Part shown: positions 60,451-64,000 of the stretch, piece by piece
Layout: each line of letters opens with the position of its first letter
Position numbering within the stretch: the first letter of the stretch is position 1
Program-made: the position numbers and the translations under genes
The notes under the pieces: generated by a model
Told to the model about the DNA's origin: nothing
The model's input: the letters and a program-made list of their open reading frames with translations, nothing else
The model's database searches: none
DNA from: Camelus dromedarius
Lineage: Eukaryota
DNA: 64,000 nucleotides
Reading direction: 5' to 3'
Assembly: GCF_036321535.1 (NCBI RefSeq)
Contig: NC_087438.1
Coordinates: 5,892,001 to 5,956,000, forward strand

Positions 60451-63108
60451 ACACCACAGCAGGGCCAGGTCCTGGATCCTGGGTGACCATCCTATCAACA
60501 GGGCACGATCAGGAAGCTGGGCTTCGCTAACTATAAACACTAAACTTACAGTCAAAAAAATCATCTCTGGCATCTTCCCTTTTTATCAGCCAAACAGAGA
60601 TCCTCCAAAATACGTATTATGCTCCAATTTTTTTCAAGACACCAAAAATTCCACAAAATACATAACCTTTGCAATGTGTTGGCCTTTATCATTTCAGTTT
60701 AATTTTCTATAATTTGTTTCTGATGGGTCCTGTATGGGACTTCACTCAGTTGAAGCAATCAGCAACACATGAGTAATGAAAAATCACTAACCCTTTTGAA
60801 AGACTGCCAAGACACAGACCAATCATCCAACCGTGTTCCCAGAACCTTGAACAAAGATAAACTCCAGAGCAGTTATGTCGGGGGAAATGAGGAAGAAATG
60901 GTCACTTCCCCGAGCTCTCAAACGTATGAGATGACAGTAAATATGGATTACTCCCTATGAAGTAGTTTGTGACATTCTTCAGGTTGAAAATGAGTCAACT
61001 TTTCTCTGTATCAGTTCCCTGGATCATATTTTACCCAATAAGATTTAATTTCTAAGCCCCTTTGGTTGGGAGTTTCCATTTGCAACCTATTTCCCCACAT
61101 CAATTCTATAAAATCCTACTTCACCAGAGCATTAATAAGCATTACCACCCCCAGTATGTCAAGCACATTGAGAAATCATTAAAAACAAGTTATTTATTGT
61201 GAGTTTAGTCAGAAGATTGAATCAACTAACAGACTTTTAACTTCTGGGAGGAAGCACCGATACTCATGGTTTCCCTTATTCACTGGACCCCAGACTCCAT
61301 TCCTTGTGGGGCATCTTGGCCAACAGTTTTCTGTAGAATGAGGAAGAGAAGAACTTATCCAGGGAATGACCCCTGAGAACACAGTGCCCCCATATGCAGT
61401 GGGGGCTGTGGTGATGACTGAGCGCCAGTGGGGCTTCGTGCTGGGACAGCAGGGGATGCCCCTGACTCAGTGACTGACAGACACCACCCTGTTCAGATGA
61501 ACACCTCAGACACAGAGTGTCATTAACCGAGCCCTGGAACAGCAGGTCTAACCATTGCACGTGGCCGGTAGAGGGTCCTCGGGTTCAGGTGGGATCATTG
61601 CCTGTAATCACACTGCTTGTGCCTTTGCCTGCGTTGCATTTGCTTCTGTTTCCAACAGACTTTGGAAGCCAAATCAATTATTCTTCTCTCTTCTAGATTC
61701 AGCCACTTCCTATTACAAATGTAGCTAATTTGCAGGCAGAATAAAAGCCCGTGTACCTCTCCATCTAAAGTCTCCTTTTTGCTGTGTGCTTGAGCCCAAG
61801 TTGTGGAAGACTATATGGCGACACCGTCTAACAAGGCAGACAGCAAGGTACAATAAAGATGCTTCTCCTTATGTCTATAAACGAGCTGTCACCAGCCGTG
61901 GAAGCAGCGGGCAATGGGTAACTGAAAGAGATGAAGGCAGGTTAGAGAGAACATCTTGCACGGGGAGCAGGGGTGCAGAGGCAGCTGAAGAGCCCGGAGG
62001 GTAGTGACCATGCCTATCCCGGGCACATGGGGCTGAATCTGGTGCAGACGCAACAGACTGCTTTTGAATAAATGGTAAATACAGAGCACTGAGAATTTTC
62101 CAGCAGAAGCCTCAGGCTTAGAGTCTACTGAATTTTGTGTGAGATGGAAAAAATTCTATTTTTGAGTAAAATTTCCTGAAGAAGTGTTAGGTGGTTTGCC
62201 AAAAAATGCAATTTATCTTGATAAACTGTAATGTTATAAAAAGGCAAAAAATACATCTGGCATGATCATTTCCCAGATAATGCAGAAGGAGGGCTCCTGA
62301 AAATGGGAAATGATGAAGCTTGGATATTAATGCTAAAACCTGGGCAATCTGCTGACTTTAGTTATTATAAAGTGTCAGGCAATTAAACTAAGAGAGAAAC
62401 CTTTTCTCAATTAGAACTATGACATGGCTCTGGGACATTAAAAAGTGACATTCACAATAATATGCCCACAAGAAATCACACCTTTCTGAAAGACAACCTG
62501 AGATTAAAAATATACATTTAACATATTAAAATTCAAACCCCATATCAGAATCTAAATTAAAAAGTATTTGTACCTGAGTTCAGCTATCTGGAGAGTCCCC
62601 CTGACCCCAGCTTCCCCCAGCCACCCTCTCTGCAGGGAACAAGTTTCAGCAGGCTCTGGTCTCCTAATCCCTCAGATGGCTATCATTACAACTTCAATCA
62701 CCATAAGATAATTTATGTTTTGTGCTGATATATTTATATAAGATTCTCTACCTCTAACGTAAACAATTTCTCACGTGGCTGGGGAAATAGAGAAAGAGGG
62801 GTGGAAGGGAGAGACAAGGTGTGTGTATACAATACGTGGGAAACTGAGAGCATTTCAAACACCCCCCCCCCATGTGCTTGAATACACACACCAAACCAAG
62901 TGCAAATTACACTTTAGGTTGACTCTAATTTTTCTCAAATTGGGAATATAATGCAGAACTAAACAAATATCATTATTCTTCTGAGCTGTTGACCGCTAGT
63001 TTACACAAAACTGGATGCCTTCCTGCTTGGTGAAAATAAAAATATTACAAATCTAAATCTAGATTTAAACTTAAAAATTTAAATTTAAATACCCAACATG
63101 CTCAGGTG

Positions 63109-63201
63109 TTTTTCCCCCCTCCCCTCTCCCCCCTCCCCCCAACTCCTCCCTTCTCCTCCTCCTTTTCCTCCTCTCTCTCTTCCTTCTCTTCTTCTTTTCT
63201 T
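63109..63201. repeat. Polypyrimidine/polypurine tract with G-quadruplex motif
   Basis: ~90 nt of pyrimidines on + with a single AA break. The minus strand of 63114-63140 reads G6-A-G6-AGA-G4-A-G6. Confidence 0.8.
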
Positions 63202-64000
63202 GACCTGTGGTGACACATTTTGCAGACATTTAGAATTTCTGTTACCCCCATAAAAGTGGCTGCCAAGAATTACCTCCTGCCCCCTAGTACCCATCTTGGA
63301 GTGAAGAAAACGTCCAGCTGGCACCTCTAATCCGTTCTGAGTGAGATCATCGGTGTGCACTTGGCAGACGCCTCTTACGGTCACACACTCCCTTGGTGAG
63401 GAATCGGGACTTTGACCCTTTGGGACTGACCTGTAGGGTTCTGTTTGCTCAGACAGTCCCGGGTGAGCAAATCCAGTTTGGATTTTGAATTGATTGAGGA
63501 AATGCCTTTCTCGTTTGGGTATATTGTTCTCTGATGTTGCTAAAGCTAATAATTAATGAAATTCTTAATAAGCAAAGTTGGTAGGGTGACCACAACAAAC
63601 TCTAGTAAGAATTGACCTTAAGATCAACTAAGATGGAAGAAGCAAAGAACCAATAGTAATTATGGTCTGTGTTACATGCCACTGATCCAAAAGGAAACAA
63701 GCAGTGAATTAAGTCATAGATTTTAATCTACATAGATGCAGAAGACCTGTCTCAAGCTGCAGAATTACAAGAAAAAAGATCCTTTACAATCTTTGAAGAA
63801 CATTAGGTCACAAAGTTTATTTCCCAGCTCTGGACCCCTGATTTTTCAGTTATTTGGGGATTTTTTTTAAAGCTTATTTTATCTCAAACTTTCCTAAGCA
63901 GAGATTTCATAGCTATTCTGATCACCCTTTAATTTTAACGTGAGGCAACACTGGCTGTGCTGCCAGAGGATTTAATTTAGAGTGGGTGGTTTCGTAAATC

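Noticed and set aside
63054..63067. Perfect 14-bp palindrome TAAATCTAGATTTA
   Set aside because: Short and in AT-rich low-complexity context; expected by chance.
1..64000. CRISPR array, prokaryotic operon, NUMT, processed pseudogene or non-retroviral viral insertion
   Set aside because: No regularly spaced repeats, no gene-dense region, and no mitochondrial, cellular-mRNA or viral protein similarity that I could recognise. A BLASTX/Dfam run would be needed to exclude very diverged cases.

Overview
Mammalian non-coding genomic DNA (intergenic or deep intronic), most likely a camelid: it has a Vic-1-type tRNA-derived SINE and artiodactyl-type L1 3' ends, and I saw no Alu, Bov-tA/Bov-A2 or PRE SINEs. 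I cannot support any protein-coding gene, functional RNA gene or CRISPR array. All listed ORFs look like chance frames or decayed transposon relics. Roughly half of the window is interspersed repeat. Best-supported structures: (1) a three-level nested insertion at 10623-18390, in which a MER34-like solo LTR (TSD TCAA) is split by a 7.1-kb two-LTR ERV1 provirus (TSD AGAA, tRNA-Arg-like PBS, decayed gag), which in turn holds an L1 3' end with its own TSD; the two LTRs of this provirus differ markedly in GC content. (2) A cluster of solo LTRs in the first 5 kb, including an inverted pair of MER41-like LTRs with TTC-N4-GAA where primate MER41 has a STAT1 GAS site. (3) An orphan ERVL dUTPase relic. 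(4) A hAT-Tip100 (MER45R-like) transposase C-terminal relic. Several repeat-free stretches resemble enhancers or non-coding exons, but that is inference only. I found no convincing novel biological system. Repeat family names come from recalled consensus sequences, not a database search, and boundaries of old repeats are approximate.
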